A program made the position numbers and the translations under genes. From contig JAZKGA010000001.1 of assembly GCA_040386235.1 (NCBI GenBank), positions 1,090,428-1,154,427 of the forward strand: a stretch of DNA of 64,000 bases, given 5' to 3'. Source of the stretch: Pseudomonadota bacterium. GTDB taxonomy: Bacteria > Pseudomonadota > Alphaproteobacteria > Micavibrionales > Micavibrionaceae. A model generated the notes under the pieces. It saw only the letters and a list, made by a program, of their open reading frames with translations. It was not told the DNA's origin and did not search any database. Positions 1 through 7,116 of this stretch are shown here, piece by piece (position 1 is the first letter of the stretch; every line of letters begins with the position of its first letter).

Positions 1-38
1 CTTATTTCAGATACCGCAACAGACGAAGGAAAACCGTC

Positions 39-515
39 ATGAAAAGCACCATTATATGGATCGTCATTCTGGCCGTGATTGCCCTTGGGCTTTTTGCCTG
101 GGACAGCCAACGCCAGTGGCAGCCACAAACCCAGGCCCAGGTTACCTTGCGTCAGGTCGATCTGCGGATTGAAACCCAGGCGGGGCAGAAGCATATGATA
201 CGCACCGAAATTGCGGATACCGCACAGTCGGTCAGCACCGGTATGATGTATCGCACGTCGATGCCGGCCGGGACGGGCATGTTGTTCGTGCTCCCGCAAC
301 CAAGCGATGTGCAGTTCTGGATGAAAAACACGCTAGTGCCGCTGGATATGGTTTTTATCGATGAAAACCGCGTGATCCAGAAGATCCATGCGAATGCGAT
401 ACCGCATGACGAGACGCTTATCCCCGCGGGTGGGCTGGTCAGCTATGTCCTGGAAATACCAAGCGGCAGTGCGGCGGAAATGGGAATTTCAGTGGGCGAT
501 AAGATTTTCTATTAG
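39..515 (+). CDS. DUF192-family protein (exported, uncharacterised)
   Basis: 158-aa ORF with an N-terminal hydrophobic segment (IIWIVILAVIALGLFAW). The core 'GMMYRTSMPAGTGMLFV...FWMKNTLVPLDMVFID' fits my recollection of the DUF192 signature. Confidence 0.65.
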   Translation: MKSTIIWIVILAVIALGLFAWDSQRQWQPQTQAQVTLRQVDLRIETQAGQKHMIRTEIADTAQSVSTGMMYRTSMPAGTGMLFVLPQPSDVQFWMKNTLVPLDMVFIDENRVIQKIHANAIPHDETLIPAGGLVSYVLEIPSGSAAEMGISVGDKIFY

Positions 516-532
516 CCATCGCGCAATCCCTC

Positions 533-562
533 TTGCAAAGGGAATGAAAAGTGGACTATAAC
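533..562 (+). promoter_or_regulatory. Possible sigma70-type promoter for tRNA-Pro
   Basis: TTGCAA (533-538), an 18-nt spacer, then TATAAC (557-562). This lies about 15 nt upstream of the mature tRNA 5' end at 577. Confidence 0.35.
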
Positions 563-576
563 AAGCCCCACACCGT

Positions 577-653
577 CGGAGTGTAGCGCAGTCTGGTAGC
601 GCATCTGCTTTGGGAGCAGAGGGCCGCAAGTTCGAATCTTGTCACTCCGACCA
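577..653 (+). tRNA. tRNA-Pro (anticodon TGG)
   Basis: Hand-folded cloverleaf. Acceptor CGGAGTG pairs with CACTCCG, D arm is GCGC/GCGC, the anticodon loop TTTGGGA gives TGG, and the T arm has TTCGAAT. CCA is encoded. Confidence 0.9.
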
Positions 654-696
654 TTTTCCCTCGCACAATTCATTGAATATCTATACGCTCCGCATC

Positions 697-1248
697 ATGG
701 GCGATTCCAAGGATAGCGACACGCTTTTACTTGATCTGCTGCGCCAGGCGCGGGCAGGGGACGAACGTGCCTATGCGGCGTTCCTGCAAGGTATTACGCC
801 GCTTATTCGCATGATGCTGGGGACAGCCATTGTCCAGTCGCAACGGGATGATGTGGTGCAAGATATCCTGTTATCCGTTCATCGTGCTTTGCCAACCTAT
901 GATGCCGGGCGGGCTTTACGGCCTTGGCTGAATGCGATTGTTAATTACCGGAAGCTGGATGCCCTGCGCCAGGTATATAAATCACGCGCTGAACAGCCCG
1001 CTGATATCGAAGCGTCGCACGCCCACCGCCTGGTCATCAATCCGGCCACCACGGCGGGTGAGTTGAAAGATATCAAAAGCGCGCTAGATAAATTAGGAGT
1101 AAAACAACGCCGGATACTGGAGTTGTTGCGCTTTCAAGGCCTGAGTATAGACGAAACAGCCAAAGCCATGGGCGTATCCGCAAATGACGTTAAAATATCT
1201 GCGCATCGCGCGACTGCAAAACTGAGGGAGATGCTCGGTGTCCAATAA
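697..1248 (+). CDS. ECF-type RNA polymerase sigma factor (sigma-70 family)
   Basis: Region-2-like 'DVVQDILLSVHRALPTYD...RPWLNAIVNYRKLDALR' and region-4 HTH 'QRRILELLRFQGLSIDETAKAMGVSANDVKISAHRATAKLRE'. The track ORF starts at 610 but overlaps tRNA-Pro, so I take the first in-frame ATG after the tRNA, at 697. Confidence 0.85.
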   Translation: MGDSKDSDTLLLDLLRQARAGDERAYAAFLQGITPLIRMMLGTAIVQSQRDDVVQDILLSVHRALPTYDAGRALRPWLNAIVNYRKLDALRQVYKSRAEQPADIEASHAHRLVINPATTAGELKDIKSALDKLGVKQRRILELLRFQGLSIDETAKAMGVSANDVKISAHRATAKLREMLGVQ

Positions 1249-1885
1249 AGAGATTAATGATTTGATCAAGGGGCTGGCCAGTTGCCCGTCCGCTGTGCCC
1301 AAATCAATAGGGTGTCCGACCTGGCGCGGTATTGTGATTTTCATGGCGACGGTGTTGTTCATGCTGTTGGTTGTGGCGATTCATGGCCTGCGTGGGGATA
1401 TGCTGCCACTGTTTAACGGTATGTGCCAGATTGCGTTATTGGTCGCGGCGTTGACGGGATTATCGGCCTTTGTCGCATCGACACATTTGATGGCGCCCGA
1501 TTGTTACGGAAGACGCTGGCTGGTGGCATTGCCGTTTGTTTTGTTCGGTGTTTTGGTCACCTTCGCTGTTGCCGGTTACTGGCACTATCCGATGGATGTG
1601 TGGCATTTCCATTGGGACATCGTTTATAAATGCTGGATCAATTTCTGGCTGTTCAGCTTTGTGCCGCTTGCCTTTGTGATTTACAAGGCGCGCAAAGGCG
1701 CAACGATCTATCCTGCGCAACTGGCGTTCCTGCAATCCCTGGGGGTTGGCGCAGTGGGCTGGATCGGTCAGCGTCTGACATGCAATATGGAAGCGCCGCA
1801 ATACGTGTATTTGATCCAATGGCTGCCCATTTTGCTTGTGGGCACGCTGATGGGAGTATTTGCGCGACGCCTCTATCGCTGGTAA
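1238..1885 (+). CDS. Putative anti-sigma factor, NrsF/DUF1109-like six-TM membrane protein
   Basis: The GTG start overlaps the sigma-factor stop by 11 nt. The protein is 215 aa with six hydrophobic helices and a short soluble N-terminus 'EINDLIKGLAS'. Size, topology and position match the SigF-NrsF arrangement described in Caulobacter. Confidence 0.55.
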   Translation: MSNKEINDLIKGLASCPSAVPKSIGCPTWRGIVIFMATVLFMLLVVAIHGLRGDMLPLFNGMCQIALLVAALTGLSAFVASTHLMAPDCYGRRWLVALPFVLFGVLVTFAVAGYWHYPMDVWHFHWDIVYKCWINFWLFSFVPLAFVIYKARKGATIYPAQLAFLQSLGVGAVGWIGQRLTCNMEAPQYVYLIQWLPILLVGTLMGVFARRLYRW

Positions 1886-1929
1886 ATCATTAGGGGAAGA
1901 TTAACCGTTGCCCTCTATAAAGGATAACC

Positions 1930-2211
1930 ATGCACGTCCGCATTTACCGCCCGTCGAAAACCACCATGCAATCTGGTCGCGCCAAAATCAATCTGTGGCT
2001 GTTAGAGGCTGAAACCGTATCGTCACGTGCGCCTGACCCGTTAATGGGGTGGGTGACCGCCGCAGATACGCTGGATGAAATTAAGATGAAGTTCCCGGAT
2101 TGCGAGACTGCGGTTGCCTATGCCCAGAAACAGGGATGGCAATATACGGTTTTGCCGGTACAGGCGCGCAAAGTCGTGCCTCGCAATTACGCCGATAATT
2201 TTAAAACCTGA
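1930..2211 (+). CDS. ETC complex I NDUFS4-like small protein
   Basis: The sequence 'RIYRPSKTTMQSGRAKINLWLLE...DPLMGWVTAADT...AVAYAQKQGWQYTV' resembles the alphaproteobacterial NDUFS4 (PF04800-type) homologue. Confidence 0.75.
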   Translation: MHVRIYRPSKTTMQSGRAKINLWLLEAETVSSRAPDPLMGWVTAADTLDEIKMKFPDCETAVAYAQKQGWQYTVLPVQARKVVPRNYADNFKT

Positions 2212-2225
2212 GAGCGTTTCTTTCA

Positions 2226-2302
2226 GACCCCGTAGCTCAACTGGATAGAGCAATTGCCTTCTAAGCAGTCGGTTGCAGGTTCAAGTCCTGCCGGGGTCGC
2301 CA
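2226..2302 (+). tRNA. tRNA-Arg (anticodon TCT)
   Basis: Acceptor GACCCCG pairs with CGGGGTC, D arm is GCTC/GAGC, the anticodon loop CTTCTAA gives TCT, and the T loop is TTCAAGT. CCA is encoded. Confidence 0.9.
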
Positions 2303-2318
2303 TCATTCATTCACCGAT

Positions 2319-2356
2319 AAAAAAAGTCCGGAGGTCTTTTAAAGGACGCTCCGGAC
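2319..2356 (-). terminator. Intrinsic-terminator-like hairpin, with a T-tract only on the minus strand
   Basis: GTCCGGAG (2326-2333) pairs with CTCCGGAC (2349-2356), with an inner GTC/GAC extension. An A7 run at 2319-2325 gives a U-tract for minus-strand transcripts. It lies about 165 nt downstream of the 2522..3373 gene. Confidence 0.5.
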
Positions 2357-2521
2357 AAACGGTAGTAATAGAGGGTGTGTAATAAAGTCATCTTACACCC
2401 CGATTGATCCCCAGCAAGAAAAAACAGGCAGCCCACAAAGTATCAGTGGTTTAATGAATTATATCAGTGCTCTGTCATGCGTTCTTAAGGCGACAACTTT
2501 GTCGCATTCGCGCCATAATCC

Positions 2522-3373
2522 TTAAGGGGTTTGCAGCGCGGGCGAGGGATTTAAGTCGGGAAAAATAAGATAGGTTTTTTGATCAAAGGCATATTTGCGC
2601 GGGTCTAAGGCCCAGGCAAGAATATCAATGCCCCCTTGGGTATGCAGGATATGCGGTCTTTCATCCGTTGTATCGCGAGGCAGCTGGATGGAAAAATGCT
2701 TGTTATCATTAAATTGCCGGACTCTGATATCAGAACCCGGTAAGGCGAATTTTGCACATAAATCATAAAACCTTTCCGGATTGTTGTTTTTGACCAGAAA
2801 TAAATGGTGCGTTTCTGCCAGGGCAATTAAGTCCGGTGACGGGGATACGGTGATCACATTGCAATGAATGGGTCTGTCTATACCGCGGTCCTGGTCGAAG
2901 GCGTGAAGGGCTGCCGCACGGTGACTGCCGCCATAATTCCTAAACCATTGCCGTCCATCCCAGCCCTGACGAATAACGTCTGCATGTTCATCCTGCCGCG
3001 CGATACAATCATCTCGACCCGCGAAAATGGTATTGGCCAGTGTGGCGGCTGCAGCTTCGTCGGCAATCGGGCGTGCTACCCTCATCGCATTAAAATCACC
3101 GCACGGGCTTTTTGAATGGGTGCAGCCATACATGTCTTTCAGGGACAGTATCTCAATTGTATGTTGCTCTGAGAAAAGGGGGATTCCCGTTCTGGTCCTG
3201 TGGCCCAGGCAATTTTTAATCAGGAACTGTATCTGGTGAAAAGGAATGCCATTCGATGCCCGTACAAACATATCCGAGCTGGGCGGGCCGATACCCGCGT
3301 CACGCCACAGCTGCATTTTATCATCCTGGGCGTTGGATGCAAAAAGGGTGCGTAGGAAATCAAACATTGCCAT
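2522..3373 (-). CDS. Hypothetical protein (orphan A)
   Basis: 283-aa ORF with no competing ORF. I recognise no family. It contains 'WFRNYGGSHRAAALHAF', which is loosely reminiscent of the ParB/Srx DGxHR motif. Confidence 0.6.
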   Translation of the reverse strand: MAMFDFLRTLFASNAQDDKMQLWRDAGIGPPSSDMFVRASNGIPFHQIQFLIKNCLGHRTRTGIPLFSEQHTIEILSLKDMYGCTHSKSPCGDFNAMRVARPIADEAAAATLANTIFAGRDDCIARQDEHADVIRQGWDGRQWFRNYGGSHRAAALHAFDQDRGIDRPIHCNVITVSPSPDLIALAETHHLFLVKNNNPERFYDLCAKFALPGSDIRVRQFNDNKHFSIQLPRDTTDERPHILHTQGGIDILAWALDPRKYAFDQKTYLIFPDLNPSPALQTP

Positions 3374-3434
3374 AGGGATGAAGTATAGGGCGGGAAAGTT
3401 TCCAAATAATTTCTAGCCGCGCATGACGGGCAAT

Positions 3435-3456
3435 AAAAAAACGCCCCGAAGGGCGT
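3435..3456 (-). terminator. Rho-independent terminator after orphan B
   Basis: The minus strand reads ACGCCC-TTCG-GGGCGT followed by a T6-7 run. It starts about 13 nt downstream of the stop at 3471. Confidence 0.75.
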
Positions 3457-3470
3457 TCTTCTGAAGAAAG

Positions 3471-4160
3471 TTATTTTGAGCCGCCGGGGCTTGGCAGGCG
3501 AATAAAACCTCCGTCAACACCAACAACGTCATGACCCGCAGCCTGGGCATAGCCCCGTGATTCGTCTGCTTGCTTGATCCCCGGCTCAGGTCTCGCGGGA
3601 AGGCGAAATGCTGTGACCGTGCTTGGGGGCGTGTTTGTGGTTACAGGGCGTGCAGGGTTTTCAGCAGGCATAACCTGTGGATGTACATATTGTACGCGTT
3701 GTGCGCCAATGGCATCTAAATAGGCGATTGTTTCTTTAGCAGTGTGGTAACAAGCCTCGCCGTCACCTGTTTCACTGACCGGACGTGCGGCGCGGTTGAC
3801 GGACACCACATAGTGGTCCCCTTGGGCATGCTGAATGTTAATCCCGCTTAATGCGCCAATACCGTCGCGTTGCAACATGTCCTGGGCCTGACGGACGCCA
3901 CCTGGGCAGCGGATCGCATATTGATAGGTGTGATTATTGGCCGGAGGGGCCATTTGAACCGCCATGGTCGGGCGCGTTGCGCCTGATTGACGCAGAGCAA
4001 CTGTAAAGGCATCAACATGGGGCAGGATCGTATCAACAATTCTCTCTACGGCTCCGCCACGAAGATTTAAGTCATCCATCCAGTAGCCAGCTTCTCTTTG
4101 CAAAGCGTTAACCGTGCTGTTAATAGCGTTCACAAAACCTGATTTTAACCGTTTAAACAT
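3471..4160 (-). CDS. Hypothetical protein (orphan B)
   Basis: 229-aa ORF with no recognisable motif. It is followed by a clean intrinsic terminator. Confidence 0.6.
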   Translation of the reverse strand: MFKRLKSGFVNAINSTVNALQREAGYWMDDLNLRGGAVERIVDTILPHVDAFTVALRQSGATRPTMAVQMAPPANNHTYQYAIRCPGGVRQAQDMLQRDGIGALSGINIQHAQGDHYVVSVNRAARPVSETGDGEACYHTAKETIAYLDAIGAQRVQYVHPQVMPAENPARPVTTNTPPSTVTAFRLPARPEPGIKQADESRGYAQAAGHDVVGVDGGFIRLPSPGGSK

Positions 4161-4255
4161 TGTATGCTCCTGCTCAAATTCTTACGTGTGCTGACACTAT
4201 CATAGATTCGTCAGATTATGCAAATTAATTCTTTGTTAAGACTCGTCACACACTT

Positions 4256-4753
4256 CTAAGCATATAAATAGGCTGTGGCAAGGCATTTTGGTAGGGGCGC
4301 TGGTGAAAAATCAAGCCAATCTGGCGTCGGCACGGAAAGAGCACCCGCATCGGTGAAAACAGCACTCAGTTTATCACACACTGCAGGATCGGTATTGGCA
4401 GGACAGTGGACCAGAAAATGGGCCGGCCTGAACAGCATGTCGCATATATCACCCTCTTGGAACTGATGAATATACTCACCATCCGTGCGGGTGAAAGAAA
4501 GTTTGTTATGCGACTTTTCCGACAACAAATAAACAACGGGTTCAGGTGTGGCGGGGGATGCAGCGGAGCCATTTATATTTTTCATCGCGACCAGAAAAAC
4601 ATCCGGGTTTGCCGCCCACACGAACCAAGTATGCAAGGATGAAGGCGCGGCGACATCTGTGATGTGCTCTTTATAAAAGGCTTCAACGCCGGATCGCGGC
4701 TTTCCCATCACGGCGTCTTCAAAATCCCAATCAGCGTAAGAAGGTGTAAGCAT
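4256..4753 (-). CDS. Hypothetical protein (orphan C)
   Basis: The track ORF runs to 4795, but an ATG at 4753 lies 8 nt after the upstream stop (4762) and is preceded by AAGGA. This suggests translational coupling with orphan D. Confidence 0.6.
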   Translation of the reverse strand: MLTPSYADWDFEDAVMGKPRSGVEAFYKEHITDVAAPSSLHTWFVWAANPDVFLVAMKNINGSAASPATPEPVVYLLSEKSHNKLSFTRTDGEYIHQFQEGDICDMLFRPAHFLVHCPANTDPAVCDKLSAVFTDAGALSVPTPDWLDFSPAPLPKCLATAYLYA

Positions 4754-4761
4754 GGCGTCCT

Positions 4762-5640
4762 TTAACGGAATGTTGGGCACTGTGACTGTATCCACGCACG
4801 GGCTTCGTCCGCGGTTAGGGAATCCTGCGGTTTAAGCGGGGCCAGCAAAAACACATGCCGCGCTAAGGCCGTTATATCGTTTCTCTTCTCCTCCGGCACT
4901 TCCATGATTGATGCCCAGATACGCATCAGTGGGGAGTCCGGGGAGGGTTTCCCGCGATGCGCCAGCTCATGCAAAAGCGTTTGGAAGTCGCGCAGGCTGT
5001 TCATCGATTTCATAGCGACGTGGCGACCAGTGGCAAATGCGATAGCATAGGTTTCACTGTCAAACGGGCCATGGAAAGCTTCATCTACCTTCTGGATAGT
5101 GGCCCAAGCCAAAGCATGGTCGCTGACCGTTGCCAGGTTAAGGCGCGGATCCAGTTGGCCGTGAACGCCCACAATGTTGTAGAGACATTCGTCACTTACT
5201 TTCTGGGTCAGGTCTCGGTTGTCGGAACTGGGCGGCGTGTGATCGGCAACCCAACCGTTAAGGGTGTGGGGCCCGAATGTTGGCGTGTCATATGTGGCGA
5301 TGTCGGCATCGAGCTGGTCGTCCAGGTACGTGATAAAACTTGGTGTAAGCAGGGTGTGGAGTACTGACCCCGGTTTAGGGGATCGCCGCCACGCTTCTGT
5401 CAGGGCCTGCGTCCAGTCATGCAGTACATCGTAAGCGTGTTGCGACACCGCATTAATGGATAGTTTTTCCTGTATCGCAGTGTTATTCAGGTTCCAATGC
5501 ACACAGGCTGTACGCGATAGGATAAAGTCTTTTAAGGTCGTATCGTCGATATCCTTTGACAAGAAATTGGCAGCTTGTCCAAATGGGGCCGCCAGTAATT
5601 TCTCTGTGGCCTTTTGTGTGTTTGACGCGTCTCCGTCCAT
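4762..5640 (-). CDS. Hypothetical protein with an HExxH-x18-E motif (candidate gluzincin metallopeptidase; orphan D)
   Basis: 'LLHELAHRGKPSPDSPLMRIWASIMEVPEE': the HELAH codons are at 4957-4971 and the Glu lies 19 residues after the second His. This is the same spacing as HEYFH...KE in pepN of this window. I prefer the ATG at 5640 (SD GGGGGGAG, 5-nt spacer) over the TTG at 5700 given by the track. Confidence 0.6.
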   Translation of the reverse strand: MDGDASNTQKATEKLLAAPFGQAANFLSKDIDDTTLKDFILSRTACVHWNLNNTAIQEKLSINAVSQHAYDVLHDWTQALTEAWRRSPKPGSVLHTLLTPSFITYLDDQLDADIATYDTPTFGPHTLNGWVADHTPPSSDNRDLTQKVSDECLYNIVGVHGQLDPRLNLATVSDHALAWATIQKVDEAFHGPFDSETYAIAFATGRHVAMKSMNSLRDFQTLLHELAHRGKPSPDSPLMRIWASIMEVPEEKRNDITALARHVFLLAPLKPQDSLTADEARAWIQSQCPTFR

Positions 5641-5645
5641 AATGG

Positions 5646-5700
5646 CTCCCCCCGTATTATGAATACGGGGATATGTTAAACAGAAAAGGTATTCTGTCAA
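5646..5700 (-). promoter_or_regulatory. Candidate promoter plus 5'-UTR hairpin overlapping the SD of orphan D
   Basis: On the minus strand: TTGACA (5700-5695), a 16-nt spacer, TAACAT (5678-5673), then a perfect 9-bp stem CCCCGTATT-CAT-AATACGGGG (5670-5650). Its 3' arm runs into the G-rich SD (GGAG at 5649-5646). Confidence 0.4.
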
Positions 5701-5785
5701 GATGTCGTAACGTGTTTCAAAGATTTGATCTTGTGATATATCGCGTTTAGACTGGTTTTGTCTTAACCGCAGAAAGGTTCAACGC

Positions 5786-6769
5786 ATGCGTGTCCGCGGG
5801 AATACCGTGCTTATCCCCACGGATGTGTACGACAGCTATTGGACCTTTGCCACCAAGCGGCAGGCGATGTTTATAAGCCGTGTACATGGGGCGCCCGCGC
5901 CCTGGACATCCGATCCGATCCTGGCCAATCATCGTTTTACCAATGCGTATCGCGCGTCTGACCGCGTCAGCCAGTATTTAATCCGAAATGTTATTTATGC
6001 TGGCCCGCAAACCGCCGAAGATGTTTTCTTCCGCACCATGCTGTTCAAGATATTTAACAAGATTGAGACGTGGGAAACCCTGATCGCCCATATGGGCGAG
6101 GTGAAGTATGCAGGTTTTGATTATGGCCGCGCCGCGCAAATCCTGGATGCGCAGATGCAGGATGGAAAGGCGATTTATTCCGCCGCGTATATTATGCCGC
6201 AACCACGGTTTAACCAGCCGTCCAAACACCGCAATCATTTATGCCTGCTGGAATATGCGATGCGGGAAGGGATGCCGCATAAAATCGCCGTGGCGAATTC
6301 CTTGGAACAGGTTTATCGCCTGCTGCTGTCCCTGCCATCGTTTGGGCGGTTCCTGTCGTTTCAAATGGCGATTGATCTGAATTACAGCGAGATGATTGAT
6401 TTTTCGGAGATGGATTTTGTGGTGGCGGGCCCCGGCGCGCAACGCGGTATCCAGAAATGCTTTGTGGCTGGTCACGGATTGTCGGATCAGGAGGTTATCC
6501 AGGTCATGGCCGATCGCGCCGATCAGGAATTTGAACGGCTGGGACTGAATTTTCAATCTTTGTGGGGGCGGCCCTTGCAGCTGATTGACTGCCAGAACCT
6601 GTTTTGCGAGGTGGATAAATATGCCCGCGTCGCGTATCCGCATCTAGGAAATGGGGCCGAACGGACCAGGATTAAGCAGAAATACACGAAACCGTTGGGC
6701 CGCTTGCCGCAATGGTACCCGCCCAAATGGCGTATCAATGATAAGCTTGAAAAATGGCTCCCCGAGTAG
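5786..6769 (+). CDS. Putative DNA base-hypermodification-family protein (5-hmdU DNA kinase helical / aGPT-pyrophosphorylase-like)
   Basis: 327 aa. The N-terminal 'YWTFATKRQAMFISRVHGAPAPWTSDPILANHRFTNAYRASDRVSQYLI' and later 'FGRFLSFQMAIDLNYS' match my memory of proteins labelled 'nucleotide kinase domain-containing / putative DNA base hypermodification protein'. This is recalled, not searched. The last 15 nt overlap tRNA-Asn on the opposite strand. Confidence 0.45.
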   Translation: MRVRGNTVLIPTDVYDSYWTFATKRQAMFISRVHGAPAPWTSDPILANHRFTNAYRASDRVSQYLIRNVIYAGPQTAEDVFFRTMLFKIFNKIETWETLIAHMGEVKYAGFDYGRAAQILDAQMQDGKAIYSAAYIMPQPRFNQPSKHRNHLCLLEYAMREGMPHKIAVANSLEQVYRLLLSLPSFGRFLSFQMAIDLNYSEMIDFSEMDFVVAGPGAQRGIQKCFVAGHGLSDQEVIQVMADRADQEFERLGLNFQSLWGRPLQLIDCQNLFCEVDKYARVAYPHLGNGAERTRIKQKYTKPLGRLPQWYPPKWRINDKLEKWLPE

Positions 6770-6829
6770 GATTCGAACCTACGACCAATCGATTAACAGT
6801 CGATTGCTCTACCGCTGAGCTATCGAGGA
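6755..6829 (-). tRNA. tRNA-Asn (anticodon GTT)
   Basis: The reverse complement folds with acceptor TCCTCGA/TCGGGGA (one G-U pair), D arm GCTC/GAGC, anticodon loop CTGTTAA and T loop TTCGAAT. CCA is encoded. Confidence 0.9.
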
Positions 6830-6924
6830 ATGCTCAAAAAAATACAACGTCACATCAAAAACCAGAATCGGCATTGAAAGTCAATTCCGTTTTGGTCTTC
6901 TTGTTAAAAAACCGTTTCCACATC

Positions 6925-6998
6925 TGGAGGCACGAGCCGGAATCGAACCGGCGTGCGAGCTTTTGCAGAGCTCTGCCTAACCACTCGGCCATCGCGCC
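6925..6998 (-). tRNA. tRNA-Cys (anticodon GCA)
   Basis: The reverse complement folds with acceptor GGCGCGA/TCGTGCC (one G-U pair), anticodon loop CTGCAAA and T loop TTCGATT. CCA is encoded. Confidence 0.9.
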
Positions 6999-7116
6999 CC
7001 TTTTGTGTGCAGTGTCATTAGCATGACTTCTGCCAAGTCGCAACCCTCTTTGCAAGTACTTTCGCCACTGGTCAAAGGTCTTATTATTCGGTATGTAAAG
7101 GGGCAGGAGACACCAG

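Noticed and set aside
610-696. N-terminal extension of the ECF sigma ORF (track start at 610)
   Set aside because: The first 29 codons lie over the tRNA-Pro gene (577-653) and encode no sigma-like sequence. The ATG at 697 gives a normal sigma-factor N-terminus.
2303-6754. Calling the tRNA-flanked segment a mobile genomic island
   Set aside because: There is no integrase, transposase or conjugation gene. I found no direct repeat of the tRNA-Arg or tRNA-Asn 3' ends inside the segment. Spot GC counts look like the rest of the window. I therefore report it as an accessory or uncharacterised segment only.
6999-7116. Shared promoter-like element 'GCAA(T/C)CCCTCTTTGCAA' seen near tRNA-Pro (521-540) and upstream of tRNA-Cys (7040-7060)
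   Set aside because: For tRNA-Pro it yields a plausible -35/-10 pair, which is reported. For tRNA-Cys no acceptable -10 lies at the right spacing on the minus strand. The similarity is short enough to be chance.
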